This document shows positions 26,759 through 39,940 of a stretch of 64,000 nt of DNA, in pieces. Below the pieces are notes generated by a model. That model worked only from the letters and a program-made list of their open reading frames with translations. It made no database searches and had not been told where the DNA came from. A program made the translations under genes and the position numbers. The stretch's first letter is position 1; each line of letters begins with the position of its first letter. Origin of the DNA: Octopus vulgaris (taxonomy: Eukaryota); assembly GCA_951406725.2 (NCBI GenBank), contig OX597840.1, forward strand, positions 19,034,001 to 19,098,000, given 5' to 3'.

Positions 26759-28007
26759 TGTATGTATACATACACACACACACACACATATGTATACATA
26801 TACATACAAATATACATAATACATGCATACATGTGTGTGTGTGCACATATATGTATATGTGTGTGTGTATAACGGGCTTACATACAGCCTGCGTTTATCA
26901 AAACCCCGCACGTGTCTTTTGCCGGCCTTGAAAATCACAAAGAAAGAAAGAAACAAACAAACAAAAAATGAGAGATAAAGATGGTGTCCTTCATTTTGCA
27001 CATAAGGTATTTTTTCTGGACCAGGACCGCTCTTAGGCTAAACAATAACAACAGCTAGAAGAAGAAGAACAACAACAACAACAAGAACCACTGCTGCGAC
27101 AACAATAACAGCTGGCATCCTTCTGCTCCAGGAAACTTATAGAGCACTCGTTTTGCTCGAAGCATTTGGATCACGGCTCCAGTCTAAAGATATACGGCTC
27201 CGGTGTAAGGATAGCATCTTCGTTTCCTATCCAGCAGTTATGAAAGCCCCTAAAAAGGATGCTGCCCTTCATTTTTAGTTAAACCTCTATTGATATAAAG
27301 AAAACGAAATTCACCTTGGCCAGCTAATTAATCGTGTTATAAACCTGCTCTGCATGACGTAGCATTGTTGCGACGTGTGTTCGGACGTTACGTTCTCAAA
27401 GGCAAAAAATTTATAATGAAAATACAAAAGCAATCATAAGAACAAAAACAACTTCGCCTTGACCTCGATTGATATTCTTATCTCTTAATGTCAGACAGGA
27501 CAAATAGTAAGATAGGAAAGGGACGGAGGAAAAGGGGGGAAAGGAAAGTGATAGTGGTGGTAGGAGGGAGTGGCAGTAATTGGAGAATGTGTGTGAGAGA
27601 GAGAGAGAGATTGAATGAGAGAAGATAGAGGAAGAGAGATAAATGAAAGGGAGAGAAGACAAAGAGAGCGAGAAGGTAGATAGATAGATAGAGAGCGATA
27701 GAGAAAGGAGACAGAGAGAGGTGACAGAGAGAAAAAAAACAAGACAGAAATAGAAAGCAGAGGGAGGAAAGAGTTAGAGATAGATAGCGAGATGGTGAGA
27801 GAAAAAGAGAGTGAGAGGAGACAGAGGGAAAGCGATAAGACAGAGGTAGAGAAGATACAGAAAAGATAGTAAGAGAGAAGAGACAGAGAAAGGGAGAGAG
27901 ACAGAGAGAGAGACAGAGAGAGAGACACACACAGAGACAAAGAGAGACAGATAGACAGAGAGGTGGTCCTCAAATGTTGCCCACAATAAAGTCCATTATA
28001 TATATAC

Positions 28008-28126
<119 letters not shown>

Positions 28127-28128
28127 AT

Positions 28129-28416
28129 GTGGAGGCGCAATGGCCCAGTGGTTAGGGCAGCGGACTCGCGGTCATAGGATCGCGGACTCGCGGTCATAGG
28201 ATCGCGGACTCGCGGTCATAGGATCGCGGTTTCGATTCCCAGACCGGGCGTTGTGAGTGTTTATTGAGCGAAAACACCTAAAAGCTCCACGAGGCTCCTT
28301 ATCACTCTCTGTGTCACGCTGAATATCCCCGAGAACTACGTTAAGGGTGCACGTGTCTGTGGAGTGCTCAGCCACTTACACGTTAATTTCACGAGCAGGC
28401 TGTTCCGTTGATTCCA

Positions 28417-28418
<2 letters not shown>
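28129..28418 (+). mobile_element. SINE family R with triplicated 22-bp head segment and fourth tail type
   Basis: GCGGACTCGCGGTCATAGGATC three times at 28160-28225. Confidence 0.85.
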
Positions 28419-28469
<51 letters not shown>

Positions 28470-28478
<9 letters not shown>

Positions 28479-28832
28479 CGGCAGTTTGTCTGTGCATTTT
28501 CTGTGTGTCTGTTTGCTTGTACCCTCACCCTGACCACGGCTTTCAACCGATTCTGATGAAACTTGACACACACATAGCCCAATGTCATAATTCAAAACTA
28601 ACGCAGCGAAAATTTTGAAAAGTTCCCCCAGTTCTGAAAAAATCGATAAATTCGACATGGGGTCGAGAATTAGAAACACAAACCGCAAACTGTCTAGGGG
28701 ACGCAACTCCACCTTTTTTAACTAAAAAAACAATTTACCATCATTTTTTTCCATTTTTTTGCTATAACTCTCTAAAAATGCTTTATAGTTATTTCCCTTA
28801 CAAACCTGAGCAACGCCGGGCAATACTGCTAG
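28470..28832 (+). mobile_element. Non-autonomous Helitron (family H2)
   Basis: 5' TATATAACGGCAG..CAACCGATTCTGATGAAACTT; 3' CCTGAGCAACGCCGGG..CTAG. Confidence 0.8.
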
Positions 28833-29220
28833 TCTCTTTATAAAGCTGAAGTTATCTGTGTATGGCAGGTTTGGTTGCCTTCAACTAACACTATCTCCTC
28901 TGAGACCCTGCAGCGCAAGTTGACCAAAATTGAGAGTATGACAGAAGAAGGCTTGCTCTTCCTTCCATAGAAGAAAAAATTCAAATCAGACCATGTCAAC
29001 ACCAAAAATTATTTACATCAAAAAGGTGCTTTTTTTTCTATAAAAATCCCTATTTTTTACGATTGTTTGACTGTTGTGTCACCATTTTTTGTGTATTTCA
29101 ACCTGAAAAATGTTCACTTAAAGAGAATAACAAGCTACATAATGCAAAATATTTACTTTTCAAAAATTCCAATTCTAAAGGATCAAAACAAACCCGAGCA
29201 ACGCCGGGCAATACTGCTAG
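28833..29220 (+). mobile_element. Non-autonomous Helitron (family H1)
   Basis: Starts with TC directly after the CTAG of H2; ends with hairpin plus CTAG|T. Confidence 0.88.
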
Positions 29221-29258
29221 TATATAATGTGTATGTATATATGTATATATACATGATT

Positions 29259-29338
<80 letters not shown>

Positions 29339-29515
29339 CACGGGTGTGTATGATTGTGTGTAGAAGAATATATTACTCAAAGAAATTCTGTCTGATTTTC
29401 ACGTTTTATTTGCAATCTTATAATAATATAATACAATATAATATAATATAATATGATATAATATAAGATAATATAATATAATGAATTGATAGAATATTAA
29501 ATGTCCATTCTAACT

Positions 29516-29558
29516 GAACTAGTACTTTCATGCATTAAACTATGCAATCTTCAGGTTC
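29516..29558 (-). ncRNA. Minimal type I hammerhead ribozyme motif
   Basis: GAAC-CTGAAGA-T-TGCAT-AGTTTA-ATGCA-T-GAAA-GTAC-TA-GTTC. Stems I and II are intact and stem III is palindromic (AGTACT). Confidence 0.8.
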
Positions 29559-29759
29559 ATATAGTAGTGGCGACTGTTATGTTTTACTATTTACAACTGT
29601 GGCGAGATGGCTAAACTGTGTACCTTAAATACATTTGTATAGGCTCTAGAATGTTAAGTTTTGCAAACTGTATTTTGATGAATCAGGGTGTGATTTCACT
29701 AAATTATACATTTATATATGTATATCACACTATATAATCTGCTATAATTTCCCTGTGCA

Positions 29760-29953
29760 AGGCGTAGCCGTATTTCGTCTGCCGTTACGTTCTGAGTTCA
29801 AATTCCGCCGAAGTCGACTTTGCCTTTCATCCTTTCGGGGTCGATAAATTACGTAGCAGTTACGCACTGGGGTCAATGTAATCGACTTAATCCGTTTGTC
29901 TGTCCTTATTTGCTCCCTCTATGTTTAGCCCCTTGTGGGTAGTGAAGAAATAT
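29760..29953 (+). mobile_element. SINE family K, 5'-truncated
   Basis: K body and tail. Confidence 0.88.
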
Positions 29954-29959
29954 ATACCT

Positions 29960-31760
29960 TCCCTGTGCCACGCTTTCCTGTACAATTTGGTTAATACATA
30001 TTCTACCATATACTTGTCCACCTTGAACAATGTGGATGGTAGCTCATCACACCGTGCTGCTTTGCCGTTCTGAATCATCTTAAGCACCTGGCGCACCTTC
30101 GTCCCTATAATTTTACCAGTATCAATGTCTCTTATTTGCTCGGATCTAAACTCTTCATTGGTTATCGAGTTGTGTGGCTCCTTCCTTGCAAGTCCTTCTT
30201 CGAACTGTTCTACACACCTGTCAACCCTTATCTTTGAATATGTTTTCATTCCTGTTTTCGATGGCCGCCACTCCACCTCCAGTTTTCCTTTGTTAGCGTT
30301 CTGACTGCTTCGTAGATTTCTTTCGATCTGCTCTTTTCTGCTCTTTCCACTTCCTTTGCAATTTCCTCTATCCATTTCCGCTTGTCTTCTCTTGCTCTAC
30401 GCTTGACTCCTCTGACCTTCAGCAAGTACTCAAAACGTGGACCACCTTTGATGAGTTCGGAGTGCGTGCTGTGAATCTTGCTAATTTTACTTCTGTTCCA
30501 TTGCTTTCAACGTATTTTCTCTCAACCATTTTTATTGTAATAATAAATCTCTGTACGAAGTATAAACAGTAACTGCACGACAATGTGAGGTATACTTGCC
30601 ATCTCAATATGGCTAACCACTAAGGGTGGGTGTTACTGTAGCTTGTAGCCCCAGGAGAACATCGTCTCCAGCTGGCTTTAGGCACACTTCCTGTGCCCTT
30701 ATGGTATTTGCAAAGGGAGGTCATCCTTCCCACGTCAACCTAAGTGATACGCACGGACTGCAGTTTCTAGGTATTGACCTGTCCTCAGCGTACGACAATC
30801 ACCTCGTTCAGAGATTTATTATTGCTTGCATACAGTTTTTCGAGATCAGTGACGAAAGGTTACTGGAAAAACGATATAAGTATTTGCATTGGGACCCCTT
30901 TCATCGAAAACCGGTGATTGTCGTACGCTGAGGACAGGTCAAAACCTAGAAACTGCAGTCCGTGTGTATCACTTAGGTTGACGTGGGAAGGATGACCTTC
31001 CTTTGCAAATACCATAAGGGCACAGGAAGTGTGCCTAAAGCCAGCTGGAGACGATGTTCTCCTGGGGCTACAAGCTACAGTAACACCCACCCTTAGTGGT
31101 TAGCCATATTGAGATGGCAAGTATACCTCACACTTTTATTGTGCTTTTTAATTCTCCCGATTGTGTTGTCAGCTACCTCAGTGTTGATGCCTTCTTCGAC
31201 TTTCAGGGCTTGGAATCGGTTGCGTAACTCGACATTGAACATTGTTCTGTAAGTTTCACTCTCCAAGTTTTGCGTTTCAAACTTGACTTTAATGGATTCC
31301 CCCCCGCCACCCCCGTCTTGCTTTGCAGTTTCATCCTTAATCTTGTTACAACCAGATTATAGTTGCTTGTGCTGCATCCGCTCCTCAGTAGGCACGCTTG
31401 TCCATGACCAGCCACCGCCACTCTTTTTTTTTATCACTATGTAGTCTATATGGCTTGTACCATCAGGAGACACCCATGTCTCTTGTGGGAAATATGTGTC
31501 CGTTATTACAAGCCCCTTCGTAGCACAGATGTTATACAGACTGTCGCCGTTGTTGTTGCTCGTTCCTATACCGTGACCCCACATGATTGTTTCTCTGTTT
31601 TTGCTGTCATCACCTTTCGCACTGAGCTTCCCAATTACAATCACAATCTCGCACCTGTTGCTTTTATCGATTGTTGTCTGCTATCAGCGGTTGAAGTCCT
31701 CTTTGATGTCGTCTGCTGATTCATTCGTTGGTGAGTAGGTCTGGATAAACAGAGATAAAT
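29960..31760 (-). mobile_element. Degraded RTE-clade LINE (APE endonuclease to RT N-terminus)
   Basis: HGIGTSNNNGDSL..CATKGLVITDTYF..TWVSPDGTSHIDYIVI and NGKAARCDELPSTLFK. Interrupted at 30539-31133. Confidence 0.8.
30584..31132. repeat. 220-bp near-perfect inverted repeat with a 109-bp spacer
   Basis: 30584-30803 is the reverse complement of 30913-31132, with three mismatches found by eye. Confidence 0.95.
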
Positions 31761-31914
31761 GGGGTGAGACTCGATTCTGCAGATAAACATTTAATGTTTC
31801 AATAAACCATATATTTCTCAACATTCATTGAGCACTGCCCCACCCCATTAACTCGACACGCTTTCAACATTCGCACATATGTTTATAAATACACGAATAT
31901 ATATACATATCTCC

Positions 31915-32240
31915 ACAAACTATTGCTTGGAGGGGCCTAGGAGCAGAGTCCTCAGGCACATCCTCCATAAGGCCCTATCAGAAGTAACTATCCTTGCACT
32001 TTCCTCCTGGTTTCCCAAACATCTAGACGACACTGTAAATATTATCCGCCCAATTTATATTTATTCTACCCGTAGTGATCCTGCTGGAAGCAATCACCAT
32101 TATAATTTCCTACTCGATTTCCAAGGATGACCAACTGGAACAATGGCTGTTATCCAACCATCTCGTTCTTGCTCTACTTCTGGGAGTCCGGCCGCTTGGC
32201 GCGGTTTGAAGAATCTGTCTTGTGATTTTTTCTTGTGACG
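31915..32240 (-). mobile_element. Degraded RTE LINE 3' pieces
   Basis: ITRQILQTAPSGRTPRSRARTRWLD, an RTE-like GxRxRGRPRxRWxD motif. Confidence 0.55.
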
Positions 32241-32242
32241 TT

Positions 32243-32467
32243 CCTATTTCTTTACTACCCACAAGGGGATAAACACAGAGAGGACAAACAAGGACAGACA
32301 AACGGATTAAGTCGATTATATCGACCCCAGTGCGTAACTGGTACTTAATATATCGACCCTGAAAGGATGAAAGGCAAAGTCGACCTCGGCGGAATTTGAA
32401 CTCAGAACGTAACGACAGACAAAATACCGCTAAGCATTTTGCCCGGCGTGCTAACGTTTCTGCCAGT
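32243..32467 (-). mobile_element. SINE family K
   Basis: Reverse copy. Confidence 0.9.
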
Positions 32468-32517
32468 GACATTCCGTGTGCAGACAATTTGCTAACAGAT
32501 AATTCACTGACAGAAAA

Positions 32518-32665
32518 TTCCCACACGGCCTCAGACTCAACAAAGGCCTACATCAAGTGCCTGGAGGAGGTTGTGCAGCCATGGGGCAAGAGGTGGTTGC
32601 TGGAACACCCTATATCTGGCAACAGGGCTCTGTACTACCACACCACACAATTATCCTCTCTGTAA
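32518..32665 (+). mobile_element. Tc1/mariner-superfamily catalytic-domain fragment
   Basis: AYIKCLEEVVQPW...PYIWQQGS..H, a QQDSAPxH-like motif, with a frameshift. Confidence 0.7.
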
Positions 32666-32759
32666 GTTGTCTGTTGGCTAACTGTATGTCGACGAATTGT
32701 CCGTCTGCCTGACATTCTAATCACGTCCATGGTACCAAAGGTACGATGTAAGTAAGTAT

Positions 32760-32945
32760 GTAGGGAGAGTTTACGAAAAGAAAAACAACAAAAGACGAAG
32801 ACAGGTGGTGTAGAAAACAAACAGATGTATTAGTATAACGCTCAGGAATAGAAAAAGTCTTTTACGTTTCGAGCCTACGCTCTTCTACAGAAAAAAACAA
32901 GGAGAGAAACAAGGAGGGAAAAAAACAAGTAGAGAAAAAAATAAG
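32760..32945 (-). mobile_element. PLE-type remnant with hammerhead-like motif at 32859-32894
   Basis: CTGTAGA-A-GAGC-GTAG-GCTC-GAAACGTA-AAAG. Homologous to 36133-36292. Confidence 0.6.
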
Positions 32946-33695
32946 TATGTATGTATGTATGTATGTATGTATGTATGTATGTATGTATGTATGTATGTAT
33001 GTATGTATGTATGTATGCATGCATGTATGTATGTATGTATGTATGTATGTATGTATGTATGTATGTATGTGTGTATGTATGTATGTATGTATGTATGTAT
33101 GTATGTATGTATGTGTGTATGTATGTATGTATGTATGTATGTATTTATGTATGTATGTATGTATGCATGTATGTATGTATGTATGTATGTATGCATGTAT
33201 TTATGTATGTATGTATGTATGCATGCATGTATGTATGTATGTATGTATGTATGTATGCATGCATGTATGTATGTATGTATGTATGTATGTATGTATGTAT
33301 GTATGTGTGTGTGTATGTATGTATGCATGTATGTATGTATGTATGTATGAATGTATGTGTGTATGTATGTATGTATGTATTTATGTATGTATGTATGTAT
33401 GCATGCATGTATGTATGTATGTATGTATGTATGTATGCATGCATGTATGTATGTATGTATGTATGCATGCATGTATGTATGTATGTATGTATGTATGTAT
33501 GCATGTATGTATGTATGTATGTATGTATGTATGTGTGTGTGTATGTATGTATGTATGTATGTATGTATGTATGTATGTATGTATGTATGAATGTATGTGT
33601 GTATGTATGTGTGTATGTATGTGTGTATGTATGTATGTATGTGTGTATGTGTGTGTATGTATGCGTGTGTGTATGCGTGTGCGCGTGCGTGTATA
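32946..33695. repeat. (TATG)n microsatellite, ~750 bp
   Basis: Read directly; source of the MYVC/HTYI ORFs. Confidence 0.98.
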
Positions 33696-33991
33696 TGTAG
33701 CGTAGCTTATTGTTCAAAGTTTTCGATTCGTGATCATAAAGTCATGAGTTCGATTCCAGAACCGGGAAGGTGGTACATTGTTTTCTCAAGAATGGTATTT
33801 TATACGAAAACAAAACTCAATAAATCGGAAGAAAGACCACAAAACATTCTGTCCGAAGCTCTAACGATTTTTCCAATCCTACCGCCTTTTTTTAACATTT
33901 ATTGTTATCTGCCATGGAGAGAAAGAGGGAGAGAGAGAGAGCGAACGAGAGAGAGAGCGAACGAGAGAGAGATTAAATTATCAGAGTTTCA

Positions 33992-34005
33992 GTTGCTATG
34001 GTAAC
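33992..34005. promoter_or_regulatory. Canonical RFX X-box motif
   Basis: GTTGCTATGGTAAC, a full 14-bp near-palindrome in non-repetitive sequence. Confidence 0.45.
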
Positions 34006-34598
34006 GGCATGATTTTTTTTTATTACGCATTGTATGTAACGCTATAATGCCCAACATTAATTTGCAAATCAACCAGCCGCCCAACCACCCGGCAAGCCAA
34101 CCAGCCACCAGCCAGCCAACCGGCCAGCCTGTCACCCAAACGCCGGAGCTGATATTGGTTGCAAGTCTTGTTAGAAATAGCAGCTAAATCTCGTTCAGGT
34201 TAAACTCTATGTACAGTTACCCCTCCTAAAATATACATACATATATATATATATATCTTGACTGACTTAGTAAGATTAGAGTACTTCTAGATATATTATG
34301 ATAGAATGAAAGACAATGGGACGGTCAGTTGAGAGGTCATGGTAGGAACGCTTTGAAATGATTCATCAAATTGACAGGAAATGGTCTGGAGGCCAAACAA
34401 TATCGAATACAACAACAGCAATAACAGCCGTAACAATAACACTACCACCACAACCATTACCACAACGACCAACAGCAACCACAATCACACCACCAATACC
34501 ATCATCACCACTACTGTTACTAGCAACCACCACCATCACCATTACTACTACTACTACTACTACTACAATTACTAATACTGCTGCTGCTACTACTACTA

Positions 34599-34636
<38 letters not shown>

Positions 34637-34793
34637 ACTACTACTACTACTACAATCACTGCCGCTACTACGACCACCGCCACCACTACAACCACCATCA
34701 TCATCTACTACTACTGCAACCACTGGAACCCACCACCACCACTACAACCACCACCGCCGCCACCACCACCACCACCACTACTACTACTATTAT

Positions 34794-34844
<51 letters not shown>

Positions 34845-35489
34845 ACAAACAATAATTATGTCACAGCTTGCTACCAAATAAGCTCAGCTTTTACTCGACC
34901 TGTGGCGACATCTTGTAAGCATATTTGGTTCGGTTGCAAACATGTAGGGAGCCACACAATGGTCGTTCTATATGCTAGAAATAACAGTCAAATATTCCAG
35001 AACTCATCTTTGAGCCAGCTTAGGGTTAAACAACAACAGCAACAACAACGTTTGACAAAATGTGATTAGAACATAAATCGAATTTTATCAATCTGTTAAT
35101 CGAATCCCATCAATCAGAAGCAATGTCGTTGAGCTAATGTTTTTCCTTATCGCATAACTAATTCTAAAGGTTTAGGCATTGAATTGGCCAAGTCGGTAGA
35201 ATGCTGTTCAGAATGCCTAGCATTACTATCGGTGTTTGTGGTTCAAATCACACTGAAGTCAGCTGCGCTCTTTTCTCTTCCTGCAGTCGATAAAATAGTG
35301 AGGCTAATTCAGGCTGTAAATTGGCTAAATTATGAGGAACTTTGAGTAGATGCCTCGCGACATTTCTGCTGATTACTCGGTGTTCTGCGTTCGAACCCCA
35401 CCGATGCCACTTTTGTTTTCGATCCTCATGGAGTCAATGAAAAATGTTCTGATCCACGCAGAAAACTTGCAGAACTTTAAGACACTCGG

Positions 35490-35820
35490 TCTCGATGCCT
35501 TAGACCTAAATGTGAAATGGGTGCAACATATGGCAAATGAATGCCTTTACGGACACCTGCCGGATGTTTGTGAGAAGATCAGGCAAAGACGGCTGTGACA
35601 ATCTGGTCACTACGTGCGCCACCCTGAACTAGAAGCATCCAAATTAGTCTTATGGAACCCACATTGCGGTGATGTAAGAAGAGGAAAACGTCGTCACACT
35701 TACACGGACACTTGTCTGGAATGTATCCAAGACATCAAGGCAGTGATGTTGGGCCGGAAAGTGAGGTGGCTGAACTTTGTGGCTGCAGCTCCTGTTGGAA
35801 CCCAGCCATAATAATAATAA
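35490..35820 (+). mobile_element. RTE-X LINE 3' fragment
   Basis: LNVKWVQHMANECLYGHLPDVCEKIRQRRL*..GHYVRHPELEASKLVLWNPHCG..RRGK, followed by a (TAA)n tail. Confidence 0.85.
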
Positions 35821-36073
35821 AATTGCTCCTGGTTCTATGGTACAAGCTTCCTGTTTTGAAGGGATCTAAATAAAAATCTTGTATCAAAATTTCCTGTTAC
35901 CTTGTGTTCCAAGCACCGACTTGATACCCAGTTATTTTGCTAAGCTCTTCATTAGTTTTTAAAATTAATTGAAACAAAGGCGTAGGAGTGGCTGTGTGGT
36001 AAGTAGCTTGCTTACCGACCACATGGTTCAGGGTTCAGTCCCACTGCGTGGCACCTTGGGCAAGTGTCTTCTA

Positions 36074-36132
<59 letters not shown>

Positions 36133-36136
<4 letters not shown>

Positions 36137-36292
36137 AGAGTTTGCGAAGACAGGTGCTGTATAAAACAAACAGATGTATTAGTATAACGCTCAGGAATAG
36201 AAAAAGTCTTTAACGTTTCGAGCCAACGCTCTTCTACAGAAAGGGACACAGAAAAAAATGTGTGTATTGGCTAATGATCTAACATGGCGACT
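36133..36292 (-). mobile_element. PLE-type remnant with hammerhead-like motif at 36208-36243
   Basis: CTTT-CTGTAGA-A-GAGC-GTTG-GCTC-GAAACGTT-AAAG, between (TA)n tracts. Confidence 0.6.
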
Positions 36293-36293
36293 G

Positions 36294-36359
<66 letters not shown>

Positions 36360-36617
36360 ACATACATATATATATATATATATACACGCATACACACACA
36401 CATATATGTATTTATGTATGTATGTATGTATGGATGGATGGATGTATATATATACACGAGATGCTTCTTTCAGTTTCCACTTGCCAAACTAACTCACAAA
36501 GATTAGGTAAAACAGAGGCTTTGGTAGGAGTCACTTGCCCGAGGTGCCACGCTGTGTGACTGAAACCGAAACCATGTGGTTGGGAAGCAAGTTCGATACC
36601 ATACAGTCACACTTGCG

Positions 36618-36681
<64 letters not shown>

Positions 36682-37380
36682 TATATCATCCATCAGAATA
36701 TATTTGAAAACTCCTTCGTTTCCCCAACTAATCAAATATAACGCCCCACCCATTCCGTTTCTCCAACTGCACAAACCATATTCGGATAATACATCGCTTA
36801 TATAATAAAACGGTTTCTTCCATGTAATCTCCATCCCTATCTGGATGTTTTATTACAGATCTGATAAACAGAAGCGTTTGATCATTTCCACATTCGTCGG
36901 GTTTTATAGCCTACCACAAATCAAACAGCACGCTAGTATATATACATAAAACGACTAAATTGTCCACAATGGAAGTAGATTTAAATCTGTGCATGATATG
37001 TAATTGATAACGTGTAAGTAAATCAAAGCAAAGGAACCGTGCGAGAGATTTTAATTGAAAAACGTATATCATAGAGATTAATTTGCAGGCGGTAAAATGG
37101 CCGAATCGTTATCGCATTGGACAACAATCGCTTTACGTTCTATGTTCAGTGAATATGCATAGTCTAGCGGTTAAAATGTTGATGGAAGATGTTAATTTAG
37201 ATGGTTTTCTTACTTTTCAATTTCTGATACTCTAAATACAAGGCCTGACATTTTGCAGGAAAGGCTAAAGCTTGTCGGCCACGTCGGTCCTGAATGCGTA
37301 ACCGATAATTATTTCATCGACTGCGAAAGAATGAATGGTAAAGACAAGATCGGCGGAATATCAACACAGAACTTAAAGAC

Positions 37381-37446
<66 letters not shown>

Positions 37447-37451
<5 letters not shown>

Positions 37452-37817
37452 AAAAAAATCTACTCATGGAGAACCTTCTACTACCATGTTCTTAATGATG
37501 AAACTAACCTCTCTGTCTATATATCTACTCTCTTTGTAATGTTGGCAAATGGAATAAGTATAAAAATGAACATCGTCTATTTAATTAAAAAATTCTATAT
37601 GTGGCTGAAGATTGCTCTACATTTTAAAACTGATGTAATACTTACATTGTTTAATTAAATGAAGTAGCATGAAACGATTGTACTACACTACCTTGGATAT
37701 CCTTGTTGCTTATTTTGATTATAATCACCCCCATTTGATTTATATGGATAATACCATACCAAATCCTGGTGCCTTTAACTTAAGTACCATATTCATCTGA
37801 ATCTAAATTTTGCTGAA

Positions 37818-37820
<3 letters not shown>
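37447..37820 (+). mobile_element. PLE terminal remnant (family A) with hammerhead motif at 37600-37687
   Basis: TGTGG-CTGAAGA-TTGCT...AGCAT-GAAA-CGATTG-TA-CTACA, between (TA)n tracts. Homologous to 233-611. Confidence 0.75.
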
Positions 37821-37888
<68 letters not shown>

Positions 37889-38335
37889 ATATGTGTGTGT
37901 GTATAATATATATATGTATATATATGTTTGTGCATGCATAATATACATATGCATATATGTAAGTGTGCATATGATTATATGTATGTACATCCCGCTTCAT
38001 AGAAAAAAGGCTGATTACAATAAACGAAATTTTGGGCCACTGCCTACAGGAATGCAAATTCATTCTAATGACGTCGTCACACCATACACACTTCACCTAC
38101 GGCCAATACCAATTGATAGATAATAAGTCCTCTTTTTATCTTTGGTTGATTTTTCTTAAGTTAATCAAACCTCTAAAAATACGTGTGTATGCATGTATGC
38201 ATGTATTTATGTATGATTATATATAAGTATATATATGCATATATGTATATACGTTGGTACACACACATAAGTATATATATGCAAATATATATATATGTAT
38301 ATAGCTACACACACATACACACGCATACACACACG

Positions 38336-38409
<74 letters not shown>

Positions 38410-38554
38410 AAAGTAGCTATCACGAAAAGCTCCTCTAGTGGACTCGGCTAGCAGACCACATAATACCCCATTTCGAGTTCTGTGCAGCTGAAAGCAAAGG
38501 AATCCAATTGATGAAATTATTTCATGTGAAGTACATAAAACCATAATTATTCAG

Positions 38555-38953
38555 GAAACGTTAGCATGCCGGGCGAAATGCTTAGCGGTATTTCGTCTGC
38601 CGCTACGTTCTGAGTTCAAATTCCACCGAGGACGACTTTGCCTTTCATCCTTTCGGGGTCGATAAAATAAGCACCAGTTACGCACTGGGGTCGATGTAAT
38701 CGACTTAATTCGTTTGTCTGTCTTTGTTTGTCCCCTCTGTGTTTAGCCCCTTGTGGTTAGTAAAGAAATAGGTATTTCGTCTGCCGCTACGTTCTGAGTT
38801 CAAATTCCGTCGAGGACGACTTTGCCTTTCATCCTTTCGGGGTCGATAAATTAAGTACCAGTTACGCACTGGGGTCGATGTAATCGACTTAATTCGTTTG
38901 TCTGTCCTTGTTTGTCCCCTCTGTGTTTAGCCCCTGTGGGTATACAAGAAATG
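38555..38953 (+). mobile_element. SINE family K, tandem dimer
   Basis: Junction AAAGAAATAG|GTATTTCG near 38771. Confidence 0.92.
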
Positions 38954-39146
38954 GAATACTGAAACTAGATAAAATTTAATTTTAGTATGGCAATATAAGT
39001 AATTAATAAGATACTGAACCTAAGTTTGGGGAACCGACCATCAATTATTAACAAAAGTCTGGAAGGAATAAGATATGAATTAAATAAAAATAAAAGTAAA
39101 TTAGGGACTGTATAAAAATATATAAAAATTATATAACAATAACAAC

Positions 39147-39208
<62 letters not shown>

Positions 39209-39213
39209 TAATT

Positions 39214-39249
<36 letters not shown>

Positions 39250-39259
39250 TTAATAATAA

Positions 39260-39325
<66 letters not shown>

Positions 39326-39339
39326 TAATAAAAATAATT

Positions 39340-39382
<43 letters not shown>

Positions 39383-39696
39383 ATTCAGTGGGGAACAAAC
39401 AGCTGGAGATACAAAGATTAAACTTTAGAGATAGTATTAAACAATTGTCATTTTCAGATATGTTTAAAAGGTCAAAAGACACAATAAATCCCGTCTATCC
39501 AAATAAACTATAGAGAAACCAAAACAACAAACACACACGTGCATAGAAGCACATACACATCAGTCTTAATATACTACAAAATACACCACCTCACCTATAC
39601 AGCTATATATTCATTAATATATCCATTAATATACATACATTCCACACGGAGACAAACTGTACAAGCAGACACATATGTATATATACTATCTATCTA

Positions 39697-39868
39697 TCCG
39701 CTCAGTCGAAGTCGACTCTCGGTCACTCGTTGGATCAGTGTCCCCCAGTCAGTTCTATCCTGGGCCGCTTCCTTCAAACTGGCCATGTCCATTCCGGTAT
39801 CCCTCTTGATGGTGTCAAGCCAGCGGGTTCTTGGTCGGCCTCTTCCTCTCTTGCCACTGACCATTCCG
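39697..39868 (-). mobile_element. BovB-like LINE, short 3' end copy
   Basis: GMVSGKRGRGRPRTRWLD...VTESRLRLSG; diverged from the adjacent longer copy. Confidence 0.9.

Positions 39869-39936
<68 letters not shown>

Positions 39937-39940
<4 letters not shown>

Noticed and set aside
34358-34855. Mucin-like Thr/Pro-rich ORF, and similar ORFs at 22262-22672 and 52714-53298
   Set aside because: Compound trinucleotide repeats with no unique coding sequence.
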